Shown in pieces: positions 37,388 through 50,233 of a DNA stretch of 64,000 bases; position 1 is the first letter of the stretch; every line of letters starts with the position of its first letter. The DNA is from Takakia lepidozioides. Lineage: Eukaryota > Plantae > Bryophyta. The notes under the pieces are model-generated. The model was not told where the DNA came from. It did not search any database and worked only from the letters and a program-made list of their open reading frames with translations. The stretch covers positions 74,958,001 to 75,022,000 of the forward strand of contig CM060733.1 of assembly GCA_030704615.1 (NCBI GenBank), given 5' to 3'. The position numbers and the translations under genes are program-made.

Positions 37388-40267
37388 CTATGTGTTTGTA
37401 TCCCGTTGCAAGAGAGTATTGATCTCGTTGAAACTCATTGTCGCCTGGTGAATGAAGTTGGCACATTTGGGATCACAAACCATCCTCTTCACGAAGATAA
37501 AATACAAATGTTTGCAGGGTACGAATTTACCTCTCTTGCCCAAACTGGTTGATAACATCCCAACAAAATCAGGACAGGTGCAATTGGGGAAATTGGAAAC
37601 AGTGATGTCGTACGCCCTATCGTGAACAACAGATGTCGAGGTGATCATTGTGTACACCCGACCATACCCAAGATCGGGCACTTCCGTCGTGCTGGAAACA
37701 CAAGCTTGGAGCATTCTAGCGGACTCCACCTTGCCAAAGTGTTCTGCAGTCGGAGAGAAATGCCGAACAAGCTTTCCATTTCGTTTTGTTGGCCACAAAT
37801 GAGCATCTAGCGGAGGGACCCTTGTACTCCCAGAACTGGAAGTAGATGCACGCACACGAGGTCGTCTTGCAAGGGAAAACCCTGCCTCTTCCAGCATTGC
37901 AATCTCTTGATTTGTGAGATTTGTTCCCAACTTCACGGGCCAAACAGCTGGTGGAGTTGGCTTCATCACCACGGAAGGTCGCACAGTTCTATGCACACAT
38001 CTCCCACAATCGTCTGCACTGAACCAGAACTTGTGGTTCTTGGCTTCTGGCTGCCCATACAGGCGCATCAAACCAGTGAAAGTTGGAGCTGGAGTGTGGG
38101 CACCACCTCTGGATATGGAAGAAATGCATTTCTCAGAATTGGTTACCCTGATCTCCATACATTTGACACGAGACCCTGCAGTTGCAACACCACCCAAGCA
38201 AATGCAGATCTGCACCACGGAACGATATGGAAAATGCATGCAATACTAAAGACGTACCGTTGTCATGGATGTTCCCCACTGTCTGTACCGGAAGTGCCAA
38301 AACGCTAACCAATCTTCAATGCTCTCATACTCTCAAGTGATGTTGCTCCTGAAGAGAACCACTAGGCACGAATTGTCTGGAACAATGTATTCGCCTCCGC
38401 CATTGATTTTGCATCTTTGTACTCTTTGCACAACTTACGATGTTGTATCTGCATCTTAAGTTTGATATTCGCTTTCGTATGTTTCTCCAGAGATTGGGTC
38501 CAATGGAACAGACATGTATGCTCTCTTCCCTCTATTGGCACCTTTGGGTCCCCCGATCCGAAGATAATCCGTACAGCATTGAAATTCGTCTGTGCACTAT
38601 CTGCCATGAAACCAGCAAAATTCGGAGCAGGGACACCATGACACCCCATAACACAAATCAGGGATTTCCACATTAGTTGCTGGGATTCAGAATCCTCCGA
38701 TTGCATGTCACAAACTGCAATTGTCATAACTCGCTGGTATACAGGATCATACACATGACAAGCCATAGTCGTCCAATCATTCACCCGTTTGACGTGATCA
38801 AACATAAGAAAATATTTCTCTAGGTCGCCACTCTTCTGTATCCGCCTGACGAGGCTCACCCCGCTGCCCTCCCCAGTTGTGGACATTTTGAAAAAATATA
38901 CTTTTGTCGCTCCTTGCCCTGGAAACACATTGTCTTGTATGTAGTCGTACTTGCTCATTCATTTCAATTCCAGAATGTTGTCAATGTAGCCTCTATTTCC
39001 AGAGCGCATTCTCAATGCATTCACCTGATGGCGAATGTTGGGTGAACTCAATGTGAAGAAATGATCCATGACAATGTCCAATGCTGGTCCATCAAGTTTA
39101 CTTCCCACAGAATCCACTGCATTGAAAATATGGCTGTCCAAGAAGCTCTTGCTTGCGGCAAGAGCAATTGCAGATGTGGTTGCGGATGGGTTGCTAGATG
39201 GTTATGAAAATGAAATGCACACAAGCTCGAGTCATAGTTTTCAAACGGTGCACCATGTAGTACAATCTTCCACCACACACCGCCAGACATGATGGGACAA
39301 GCTTGCAAAATTTGCAAACGGAAGTGTCTGTCTATGAAGGAGCCGCCCCCGGCTTAAATGGATTTTCAGCGATACCCTCCCACTCGCTCTGGTTGTGAAC
39401 CCCCGATTGAAGAAAGTGTCTGCAATTGAAATTTTCGCACTTGAGGTGCCCATTGCAAACTGTTCTCTTGAGATGAGTTTGTCATGATTTTGAATATTCG
39501 ACGTTTTTGTCCTACACCATGGGTGTCCATCGTGTCTCTTGTCCATACCATGCATCAGGCTTGAAATACCTCCAATATGATGAGGAGGAGGGAGCTCAAA
39601 AAGGATATCCCCATCAAACGTCTCTGGAAGATATTTCACAGGCACAATATTGAAAGTGTCCCAACAAATTCCCCGCGACTCACTTTTGAAACCGGGCATC
39701 CCCCCCATTGCCCGTAGTTTTGGAATGACACTGGAGATCTCCTGAACATCGTCTTGCACAACTACATGAGGATGCACGTCAATAGTGATTTCAGTGATGT
39801 CTTCATCTGATGAATCCGAAAGCTCAACGATGGGCGTGGAGGTTGTTTCCTCTTTTTTCACTACAACATCCCTTTTGTCTTGAATCATAGAAGCAGCCGT
39901 CCCTGGAGTAACATATGATCCAAGGGACTTTCGTCGAGGCTCCCCAAGGACCCTGTATCTCCCAGGCCGGACTCTCCACTGTCTGACAAGAGCTGTCTCA
40001 TCACGGTTTTGGAAGGAGTACTTCAACAACTTCCCGTCCAAACCGTAAACCTGTCTCTCTAAGAAAATTGTCCCATTTTGTAGCTCAAACCGGGTCGCTA
40101 GGACATGTTCGAGAACAACTGCGAACCCATCGGCACTGGTTTCTCGTCAGAGAAGAACTCCGTTTCAGATGAAGCTATCTTACCTCCTCTCGTAGGATGA
40201 TCCTTTCCTTTTGCGGCTCTTCAGTGAAATCTGTTGAGTCAGGTCTCCAAAACACTGGAGAAGCATG
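37388..40267 (-). pseudogene. GCM-like/MULE/SWIM transposase (family 2), degraded
   Basis: DGHPWCRTKTS, FKMSTTGEGSGVSLV, MFDHVKRV, FMADSAQ, CLFHW, CTC..CKH. Stops and frameshifts are present and the TTNxAES segment was not found. The start is approximate. Confidence 0.85.
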
Positions 40268-41127
40268 CGCAGAGGAAATCGCGGAGGAAGTACACATGAT
40301 TGTGCACATTCTGTTATTTCTTGCCTCTGGCAAGCTCTTCCTGACAGCCCGCCGTCCCATTTAATTTCTTTTCTTGTGGGCCCTGTAGACGGAGTTGCCT
40401 TACGAGCAATTTTGACAGGTGTTACACCTTTATTGAGATCGTCCTCAAGTAACAACAAAAACCCGCCGACTTCTCAGAAGCGCGCCAAAGGATCTGAGGG
40501 TGGGATAGCAACTAAATTAAATGCATCTGAATAACAGTATGATTGATCATGCTCACTTGGAAAGTCCACACTTTGAAAATGAAAATGGGAGAGGCGCACA
40601 ATGATGAATGTGGATGATATCCAGAAATTTGTCAACAATTACTCGTTTACTTACATTGGTATGAGTTTGTGCGCCAGATGGCCCCATATTTTCAACATAG
40701 GCATATTCCAGATAATTCTCTAGGAGCAGTCATACCAACTAATTTTTTATTTCTAATGTACTGAAGTTGTTATATTCAATTAATGAAACCCTTTAAAAAA
40801 AAACGACACGTGGTTCATTTAGGGTGACACACGTCAAGCTTCGAAAACTACATTGCAGACGAACAGCTGTCCAGTAATGGCTGGCAGGTGCACTAACGAG
40901 GGAATGACATTTGCTTAACGGTCACACGAGAGGGAATCCGATGCTTCTAGAGATAATCCCTAACGCACGCAACTCCGCAAGAAATCGAGAGTCACTTTGT
41001 CTTTCTTGTTTCCGCACTTAGAGGGAGAGAGGTAGTCAAGCTGGAGAGGGTTCCTTCTACGATACGGAAGAGAATGAAGTCACTGTATTTTACTTCCCTT
41101 AGAGAGAGACTCAGAGTAAGAGAGCAA

Positions 41128-44100
41128 ATGACGAGGCGTCGTTTGATGGAGAACACAAGGCCATGGCAGCAGGTGAACGCAGAGACTGCAACACATGAGC
41201 AGACTGAGAATGATAGTGAGGCTGCAGCTGTCATACAACCAGAGGGAACAGTGAGCGTTGGCAACTAGACTGTGGAAGCAGAGATGATTCGCAACGAAAC
41301 TGAAGGAGGTGGAAGTCCTAGGAACGGAGAACCGGGAGACGGTCTGCAAACCCTAGACCAGTCAGGTCCCACAGACGTGAAAGGGAAGAGGAAAGCTGCT
41401 GAGGGGGATCCTAACTCAAAACCAAAGAAGGCGACAGTAAGTTTTCTCCACCCTTCTTTTTCTTGTTTACAGATGTACGAACTAGGAGAGTGCAATCTCC
41501 TAGAAAGTGATGGTCGGTACCGACCATCACTATGAAGTCATATTGATTTGCTTTGCATTCCTCTGTTTCAAGTTTTCCAGACTAGTTGTTTGTGATTGGC
41601 GGTACCGTCAATCACTGTTCTTGAGACCTTACTGTATCTTCATGTGTAAAAACATTTGCATTGCACATTCCTATGAGACAAGAAATAGTGATGTTCTGTA
41701 ACGACCATCACCATAGAGTCATACTGATTTTCTTTCCAGCACTCTGTTTCTTGTTTTCTGCAGCAGGTAGAAGTGATTGTCGGTAACGCCATTCGCTTTC
41801 CTTTCAAAACTTAGATTTCTTGCATTTCAGACAATCTGCATTCCACTCTCTTTCTGATACAAAAGAAAGTGAGTGTCGGTGCCGACAATCACTATGATCC
41901 AATATTGATTTGCAAAAAACCCAACCTTATCAATTTTTCTAGTGTAGTGTTCTTTGATTGTCGTTAACGCCATTCGCTGCTCTTTGAGACCTTCCTATAC
42001 CTGCATGCGTAGTAAGAGAGTGATGGTCGGTACCAGTCATATTGATTTGCTTTGCATTTTTTTCTGTTTCAGGTTTTCGAGACTAGTTGTTTGTGATTGG
42101 CGGTACCGCCAATCACTTTTCTTGAGACCATATTGTACCTTCATGTGTAAAAACAGTTGCAATGTACATTCCTATGAGACAAGAAATAGTGATGGTCTGT
42201 AACGACCATCACCATAGAGTCATACTGATTTTTTTTCCAACACTCTATTTCTTGTTTTCTGCAGCAGATAGAAGTGATTGTCGGTAACGCCAATCGCTTT
42301 CCTTTCAAAAGTTAGATTTCTTCCATTTCATACAATCTGCATTCCACTCACTTTCTGATACAAACTAAAGTGAGTGTCGGTGCCGCCAATCACTATGAGA
42401 AATATTGATTTGCACCAAACCCATCTTAAATCAGTATCTAGTGTAGTGTTTTCTGATTGTCGTTAATGTCATTCGCTGCTCCTTGAGACCTTCCTGTACC
42501 TGCATGCGTAGAAAGAGAGTGATGGTCGGTACCGTCACTATGCAGTCATAGTGATTTGGTTTGCATTCGTCTGTATCAGGTTTGCTAGTGTACATGGTTG
42601 TGATTGTCGGTACCGCCAATCACTGTGATTTGAGACAAGACAGACTGATGGTCGGTACCGACCAACACTATGCAGACATAGTGATTTGGTTTGCCATATT
42701 CTGTTATTGTTTGCTACAGATACAATTTGTGATTGTCGGTACCGCCAATCGCTGTTCCTTGAGAACTTAGAATACTTTCAGTTGTAAAGAAGTTGCATTC
42801 AACATTTTTAATCACTTTGAAGTCATTGTGATGTCATTGTTTTTGCCTGTGTACTGTGATTGTTGGTGCCGACCATCACTATTTGCACATATTTGAGTGT
42901 CTGATTGGCATGGCCTCGTGCAGAAAACTGTGAAGATCAAGCTGACAGGAACAGAGGCAAAAGGTTCTGGAGATGGGGACGACTCTGCGAAGTATTCGGA
43001 GAATAGCGATGAAACAGATGAACCTGAAGTGCGACAAGGTGAAAGAACTCATGTCATTCCAGAAGGTAAACTCCCAGGAGGTTATTAGGGACATGCTCGT
43101 CTCTGGAGGACGTCTTGACATCCCTCTATGTCGGATGATATCTATGTCTGTTGTGCGTCCTCCACTTTCCCATGACATTACAAAATTGGAAACTAATTTC
43201 GTGCATGGATACAGACCTGGTGCACAAGTTTTTTACGTGTCACTGACGGATACAAATGGGAAAAGCACATTAGTGTCTCCTGAGATCACTGACGATGAGT
43301 GCTGGAAAGATGTTAATGAGGAGTTCGAGCTGGGCCTGATGATGGGAAATAACACCGAGCAATTTTGCAACCACATGTTCTATGTCTGGGACGGCAACCA
43401 CCGTTTGCTGGCATGGATGGGATACATTCAGAAACATCATTCAAAAGACAAAGACAAGCATGTTGCTGTGGAGGCAATGGTTCTTGATCTTGGAAATGAC
43501 ATCGCGAGGCTTCTTACAGCTAAGTCATCCTATAGATTCCATTGCCTCTTCAATGTCTTGTTCATCCCAATAAAAATCGATGTTTACAAATGCATTGTTT
43601 TTACTCTTTTTGCAGATCGATAGAGAAATCGCATGTGACAACAAGCTTGGTCCACACACTTTTCCAAATTCAGAGAATTGGTTTTATGAAGCTGGATGAT
43701 TTTCGCACAGTACTCCATCCTGATATTATCAAGAAGTGCGTAACAGGAAGAGCTGCAGGCACTTGGTATTCTTTGACTCGAGAGGCGTTTCTGGAGTACA
43801 TGTATGCGGTAAGGCCGAACCTGTACTCACTTGTCTTTTTCAATACATGTTTGTAATTCGTTTTTACTTATCCCTACTTGATATATGCAGCAAGAACTGG
43901 CAGAGGCCGCTGAGAAGGGGAAATCCGAATACTACCGCACAACAACATAAGATTTTAGGACATTAAAGGGTATGGAGGCACCAATAAAGAAGGAGTATAA
44001 AATCCGGAGAACTAAACTGATGTCCGCCTTCTCGAAGCAGCTTAGAATAGTAGATCCCGGCCTTGGGGAGGAGTTCCTTCAGCAGATCAAATCTCACTAT

Positions 44101-47100
44101 AACAAACATGTGCACCCGGAGATGCAGCAAGAGAAATTGCACCGGCTGGCCATCTCACAGGAAAGAAAGTGAAATTCCCGCCAGATTAAGGAAAGAGATC
44201 ATGTTATCCCAAGTAGGCGAAGGCACCCCAGTGTATGTATCCTTTCTTCCGACTCTCTATCATCGCCAGCCATCCCTCATTGACAATCTTAATCTCCCCT
44301 GCCAAATCAGCATGGGAAGGGTGTGGCCTAGCATCGAACACGCACTGAATTGTGTGGGTATACCTTCCGGCGGTGAAGTCCTTCTCACTCTCATTCTCAT
44401 TCTCCTTCTCCTTATCCTTCTCCTTCGACTTGTCTTTGTCCTTTGTCTTCGCTGGTAACTTGGCTATGCCATCAGAACCCTTGTCTTTGGTCTTGCGCCC
44501 CCCCTTCTTGCCCTTCTGGGTTGTTTCCTGCGCGTCAGGCTCCTTGGCAGCCAATGCTGCTATGTTTCTTTGATACTCCTCGTTGTTTAGAGGTGCCAGC
44601 ATCTCAGCATGATTGTTCAAATATTTCACTTGCTACTCTTGAAAAGTCGTGTGCTCAGGAGGGCAGTCCAGGTACCAACCACAGCCCCTGAAGTGTGCAG
44701 GACTCCAGTCCTTCAATATCCCTGCAGTGTACATGGTTGGATCGTTGCCAGGGTCCGACCACATGTCAAGTTAATCTAGGATACTGTTGAGGTGATTTCC
44801 ATCCATAAGCAGATATTTTGTGCACTTGCAAACCATGAGACAAAAGCCAACGGACCAAAGCGTGAAGTGAGAAAGAAGTCTTTTCTAAGTGCCGGTGGCG
44901 AATATAACATTCCTGAAAGAAAGCACGTTTCAAACCAGTACACAAGATCCTGACAGCAGTACTACAGAATGAAATGAACGACCAAGAAAATGAAGTTATA
45001 ATTTACAAACCACTTGCTTCCCTGTGTATTCTACAGGGAAATATCCCTACCCTATTGGAAAGCAATCTCTCTCTGTAGAAGCCCACAGCACTCAAAGTGA
45101 ATGTCGACACCGACATTCAAAAAATTCCTGCGAGTAACACTGCCTAAAAGGACAATGTTCCCTACAAAACGTACAAGAAATCTCTCTCCATAGAAGCTCA
45201 CAACAGCTCTGGATGTGATGGTCGGCACCGACATTCACAAAATTTCTTTCAAGAACACTGCCAACACACCCTAAGTTCCCTAATCCAATGAAATCTCTAT
45301 CTGTAGAAGCTCACAGCCATGGAAGTGATTGTCCGCACCGCCATTCACTTCCTATCAGTGAAGAACACTGCTAACAAAGCCTAAGGATTTCTCACAAGAG
45401 GCAAACAGTTTCCAGTTTGACATTGCACCTGTACACAACTTGCATCATGGCCCACTCCCCCCCAACCTGACTGTCAAAGTCGTTGGACCGCAAAATGTTA
45501 CCATCCTTCAAAAACTCCCGAAAAAAATAGTATCGCCAAGTGAGACCTCTCCACTTCCTGATGTATGCCTCCAATGTCATTTGAGGTGGGGAAACAATGG
45601 AAATATTCAAGTCCTTCAAATTATGCTCGAGCACAAGGATGGCGCGCTTCTCCAGCTGCAAAGGGTACATCTGTCAGATTTGCAAATAAGGAAGTCATTA
45701 GATTCATGAAGTCACGAAAGATGGAACTTCATTGAATACACACCTGACTCCAAAATGTGGCCTTGTGAAGCCAATTGTCAAACACAGTGTCACTGATTCC
45801 CTCCACCTTTGTACCAGCTGGATTGTGCTCTTAGGAAACTGATTCAAGTCCTTCACTGTCTGATCGGATGAGTTCCAAATCTCCAGCCATCTTATTTTCG
45901 TTTGGGGGTCAACCATTTGTAAGTGACATTGGCAGTATTGATCTTTATTTCCTTTCAAACATTCTTCTCTTCGTTCTCAAAGTGAACATGTCTGTCACAG
46001 GTGAGCACTAGTCCCTCCTTCGTGTGCGGTGTGCAGACAACATTTGCTGCTGACATGGTCATTCTTGACATCCCGGACGGCCAGGCTATTCCAGAAGTTC
46101 TTCCGAAGGGCAAGACACCAAGCTGGAACAAATCGATGACAACAACTGGAGTTGGGTGTTCGGGTTCTGCAATAATTTCCTTTCTGATGCAGGGACACTT
46201 CTGCTCTTTCAGTCATGTGACAAGGATAGTCGTCGGGCATTGACATCATACCTGAAGTCCTCTGGGTTTGAAGTTCTGCACACATGGAATTGTGTGAACA
46301 TCCTCTACCTTGTGAAAGGGGGTTGTCCTGGTCAGCTGGTATGACGCCTCCCTCTTGCTTGTGCTTTCATGCTATGTTTCAGTGATATCTGCAACGTAAC
46401 TATTGAAGAATCTGTGATGATCGGCACCGATCATCACAAATACGTGACAATCAGTTTGTTGTATGCCTATGTTTTGTTCTTCAATCTATAAACTTCCACT
46501 ATTGTTTGTGTTTGGCACCCTAACCTTCAGTCTTTCCTAGACGAGGATGTTCGAGGCGATCTGCCTGCGGAGGACTCGCACATCAAAGACACCATCCTCC
46601 GTCCGCAGCTTTGAGATTTCTGACCAAGGGTGTTTCATCAACCCCCCTTATGAGCCGCATGTCGATGACATTTTGTACAACTTCATGCAGTCCAGTCAGA
46701 CTCTCAAGAGACCAGATGGCACTCCCTAAAGGGGTGCAAAGGAGAAAGCCCCAGCGTTCATGCAGACTCTGCTGGAGTCAGATCTAGAAGATAAGCAGGT
46801 CGACAACGACTTTTCATGTGAGTAAGTCTGCCATTGACTTCTCATTCATTTTTGGGGTTCAATCGAATACCCAGACTTCATCTTATAAGTAGTTTCATTT
46901 TTCTTCTTGTGGCATGCATGAGAGGCAGCTATTGGTCTTCAGCAATGAAGAAAATTAGTGACAAGACTGCATACGACAGCCCCCTCCACAGTTTTGTGCT
47001 TCCTGTGTATGCCGAAGCAATGGCACTTCGCATGTCTGAGGCTCCATCCCTTGACCCTTTGTTGTCTGATAGCTGCCGTAGACATCGAAATTCAGGAGTT

Positions 47101-47166
47101 ATGAAATTCTTGGACTTGGATGCAGAGGAGGCAGGGATAGATTGTAGTGACTCGGAGTCATATTGA
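41128..47166 (+). pseudogene. ParB/Srx-like + amino-MTase-like fusion gene (family 2) with an internal inversion
   Basis: IPLCRMISMSVVRP...FYVWDGNHRLLAW (about 43120-43415), DMVILDIPDG (about 46050-46080), P*RGAKEKAPAFMQTL (about 46720-46770). The middle exons lie on the minus strand at about 44170-45990. Confidence 0.75.
41506..42881. repeat. Intronic array of about 17 copies of the palindrome GTGATKGTCGGTACCGMCMATCAC
   Basis: A perfect 26-bp palindrome lies at 41506-41531. Spacing is about 85-95 bp, with an approximately 500-bp higher-order duplication. Extra copies are at about 45099, 45214, 45324 and 46414. Confidence 0.88.
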
Positions 47167-47687
47167 CATTCGCAGTTTTCATGGACTTTTTCGAACTCAT
47201 AATGCAAGTTTTAATTGATTGGATTGCATCCGACTTGTTCCGGCGGAATGGAAAATGTAACAGATTCTCCACTTGTACTGAAGGAGCATTCAAATTCATG
47301 AATACATGTTGAACCTTTCTATCAACCCCACACACTCATCACATTTTCAACCACAACACATTCATACATTACAAAATCATCCACTTAACATTCATCCATC
47401 CTTCGCATTGTTCGTACTCATCCATCCAAATTTCATCCAACATTCGTTCATCCATCCTACCTTCATCTGACGCTTTCAGTGGGGAGTGACCACATTCTGT
47501 TAATTTGCAGTCGTGCGTGTTCCTACGGTGAAGGGTGCTATTCCGCGGAAATACACTTTGTTTCTTCCTCGGCGCGATGGGAGCCTGGTGACCTGGTGTG
47601 CGTGAGTGGTGACGTGGCGAATCAGTTGGTGATGTGGCGTGAGCTTGGCTGCGCTCACGCCACCAGGCTCACGCCGAGGCATTCCCC

Positions 47688-48355
47688 GTCTGAAGACCAG
47701 ACTTACATTCAACGAGCAGATGACATCGGAGCAAAGGGCAGGGCTTGAGAAGTTACTCCAGAGAAAGCAGCACTACTTTGCCCGATCTAAGGTTGACCTG
47801 GGGTTCTGCTCCGTTGTAGAACATGTCATCGATATGCAGGGCTTTCCTCCTTGCAAAAGTTATCCCAACAGACTTTCAGAGTGGGAAGAGAATGAGGTGC
47901 AGCAGCAAATAGAATCATTGATTGCTTTGGGTAAGATGCGTGAGAGTAAATCTGAATTTTCATGTCCTGTCACCATGCCTCCAAAGAAGGATGGCTCAAG
48001 GCGATTTTGTGGGGACTATAGGCCTGTCCACAGTCTAACCAGGTGAGATTCTTACCCAATGCCTTTAATTCAAGATGTGTTGAACCAATTAGGCAAGGCT
48101 GAGTGGTTCTCAGCTTTGGATCTACATAGTGGTTTCTGGCAGATAAAGATGGATCCTAGGGATGCCAAGAAAACCGCCATAATCACCAAGAGAGGTTTGT
48201 ATGAATGGTTGGTGATGCCTTTTGGTTTGAAGAATGCCACTACTACTTTTCAGAGAGCTATGAACACCATTCTAGCTACTGAGATCAAGGAGTGTGCAAA
48301 ATTGTTTGTTGATAAAGTCAATGTTCACAGTGAGTCTTGGGAATTGCATCTTCAG
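47688..48355 (+). pseudogene. Ty3/Gypsy reverse transcriptase fragment (target of the family-2 insertion)
   Basis: KKDGSRRFCGDYR, LDLHSGFWQI, MPFGLKNA; related to the element at 24-30 kb. Confidence 0.9.
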
Positions 48356-48499
48356 CAGAGAGATGACTCCGGCCAAGGCCGGCGTAACTAAGAGCCACTT
48401 CGCCTTGCGGCTACTGCACCCTTTTGGGGGTGGGCCCTATAAATGCTAGTGGGTGCCCGGAGGGCATCCCACGGTCCAGGGACGGGTGAATTTTATAGG

Positions 48500-49030
48500 G
48501 AACCCCAGGGGGTACCCCTGGGGTATATGTGGGTATCAAGAGGCTGGGGAAGTATGTGATTCGAACAGCCTTTTGTTAGTGATAATAGCAGTGAGGGAAC
48601 GAAACGCAGTCAGGTGGATAGCTTTGCAACATTTGTGTATAGGGGAGAGGGGGATTTTGAAGTTGTTGTGGAAGGCAGAAATACTAGCGGTGTGGATGCC
48701 ACCTCTAGTACCAGTGGAGATGACTGTGAGGGGGCCGGTGGTCAACCCCGGCGGCGGATGGCTGAGATGAGCGGTGCGTATTTTTGGCGTTTTTCTAATG
48801 TGGAGGGGGCAGGGTAGCGGTCATTACAGTATGTAAATTCGATGAAGTGTATGATAAGTTCAGGGGATGGGGTGTCATGTGGTGGGGCATTTTATGGGCA
48901 GCCCTTGTACAAGGAGTATGTCAGGGCAGAGTCTAGCGGGACATGAGCAAGGCGAGCAGGTCCTGCACGAACATGGTAGGAGCTAGGGGGGTACAGTATG
49001 GTCCGGGGGCCCCCCTGCCGTCAAGGCAAA
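48500..49030 (-). mobile_element. 3' fragment of a non-LTR retrotransposon with restriction-like endonuclease (RLE)
   Basis: Minus-strand reading across frameshifts gives CSCPARLCPDILLVQG...IHFIEFTYCNDR...EKRQKYAPLI...ISTGTRGGIH, the R-x-PD...E...K-x2-KY RLE pattern. Confidence 0.65.
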
Positions 49031-49367
49031 GAGCCGCGACACCGGGAGCCATCTCCTTTCCTGCCCAAATAATATTCCATAGTTAGCACCAACAATGTAG
49101 GTGGTGTGAACAAGTAGGTTGATTTATCGAGGGACGTGGTCATATGACATTCCTTCTTGTATCAAATGCCCAATAAATCAATGCATTAGAAAATATTTTC
49201 TGAACAAGTGGGATGAAGACATGTGCATTTGGTACACCTATATGCGTATTATTTGCCCATTATGCCCATTAAATCAACCCTCACTAAATCATCTACAACC
49301 ATTAGTGGTTGTTCATTAGCACTAATGGTTGGTTTTGTTTTTTTGTTGTTTTTAAAAATAAAATAAA

Positions 49368-49410
49368 GGGAAACACCTTGGAGCGACAGCTCACAAATCA
49401 GGGCCCTTAA
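49368..49410 (-). mobile_element. 5'-truncated copy of the SINE at 6263-6473
   Basis: GGGAAACACCTTGGAGCGACAGCTCACAAATCAGGGCCCTTAA vs GGGAAACACCTGGGAGCGACAGCTCACAATCAGGCCCCTTAA at 6283-6324. Confidence 0.6.
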
Positions 49411-50233
49411 CCCTTAAGTTCCCAAGCGACCTGAATCGGGTCACTTTGAATTTGCAGGGGTCGACCTAATTTTTGCAGATCTAATCTGATGGGGCCCACT
49501 CCTGAACCTTTAATGACAAGGGATTTGTCTCGAGTATGATGCAAAAAACAAAATTAAAAAAAAACAAAAGCTGCGACTTACAAAAAATATCTTAGATCTT
49601 TAATTTACATTTTGGGGCCTGAAATGGGCTGTTGACCGCTGACGTGGCAGGTAAACAAGCCCAAAACAGATTGCACTCCAAAGGCCATTTTAGGCAGAAA
49701 ATTAGCAATTTTGGAAAAAACACTTCACCTTGTGGTGTGTGAGCATTACATACACACATCCACCGTTAGCTTTTAAAAAAATTGTAGAAAAAAAAGTACT
49801 TCATTTGGAGGCACATTTTCTGTTGTCAATTTTGAGATTTCAACCCCCATGTAATTGCATGAATAGCAAGCATAGGTGAAAAAATCATTTGGACCTGCAA
49901 TTTAGTGGGGTCATGGCCACTCCACTATTGATTTGGAAATGGTGGGTCTTGGGGCAAGCAAAATTGGATAAAGCTAGGTTTTGATTTGGTCAAACCAATT
50001 TCTTTCTCACTTTTTCTTTGGGCTGATATTTGAGGTCCGGGCCAAGGCTATAATCTCACAATTTCCACGGTGGACTTGGCTCATTTTTTGGTCTGTCATG
50101 CATAAATGAGCTGGGCCCATTGCTATAAGGCTGGAATCTGTGGATGATTTTTGGTAGGTTTCGAGGGGCAATTTACTGCAGCTGGGTACCCAAAATTGGT
50201 AAAAAGTCAAAAAAGTGTTTGGGAACTTAAGGG
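49411..50233. mobile_element. Non-autonomous piggyBac-like element (823 bp)
   Basis: Perfect 15-bp TIRs CCCTTAAGTTCCCAA, flanked by TTAA at 49407-49410 and 50234-50237; no ORF. Confidence 0.8.

Larger units (their letters stand above)
37191..47687. mobile_element. Family-2 two-gene Mutator-like element (transposase on minus, ParB-MTase on plus)
   Basis: Divergent gene pair; terminus at 47687 followed by the 9-bp TSD GTCTGAAGA. Confidence 0.8.

Noticed and set aside
41506-42881. CRISPR-like array (regularly spaced palindromic repeats)
   Set aside because: Alternate spacers are homologous, there is an approximately 500-bp higher-order duplication, the repeats are degenerate, no cas genes are present and the context is a eukaryotic intron.
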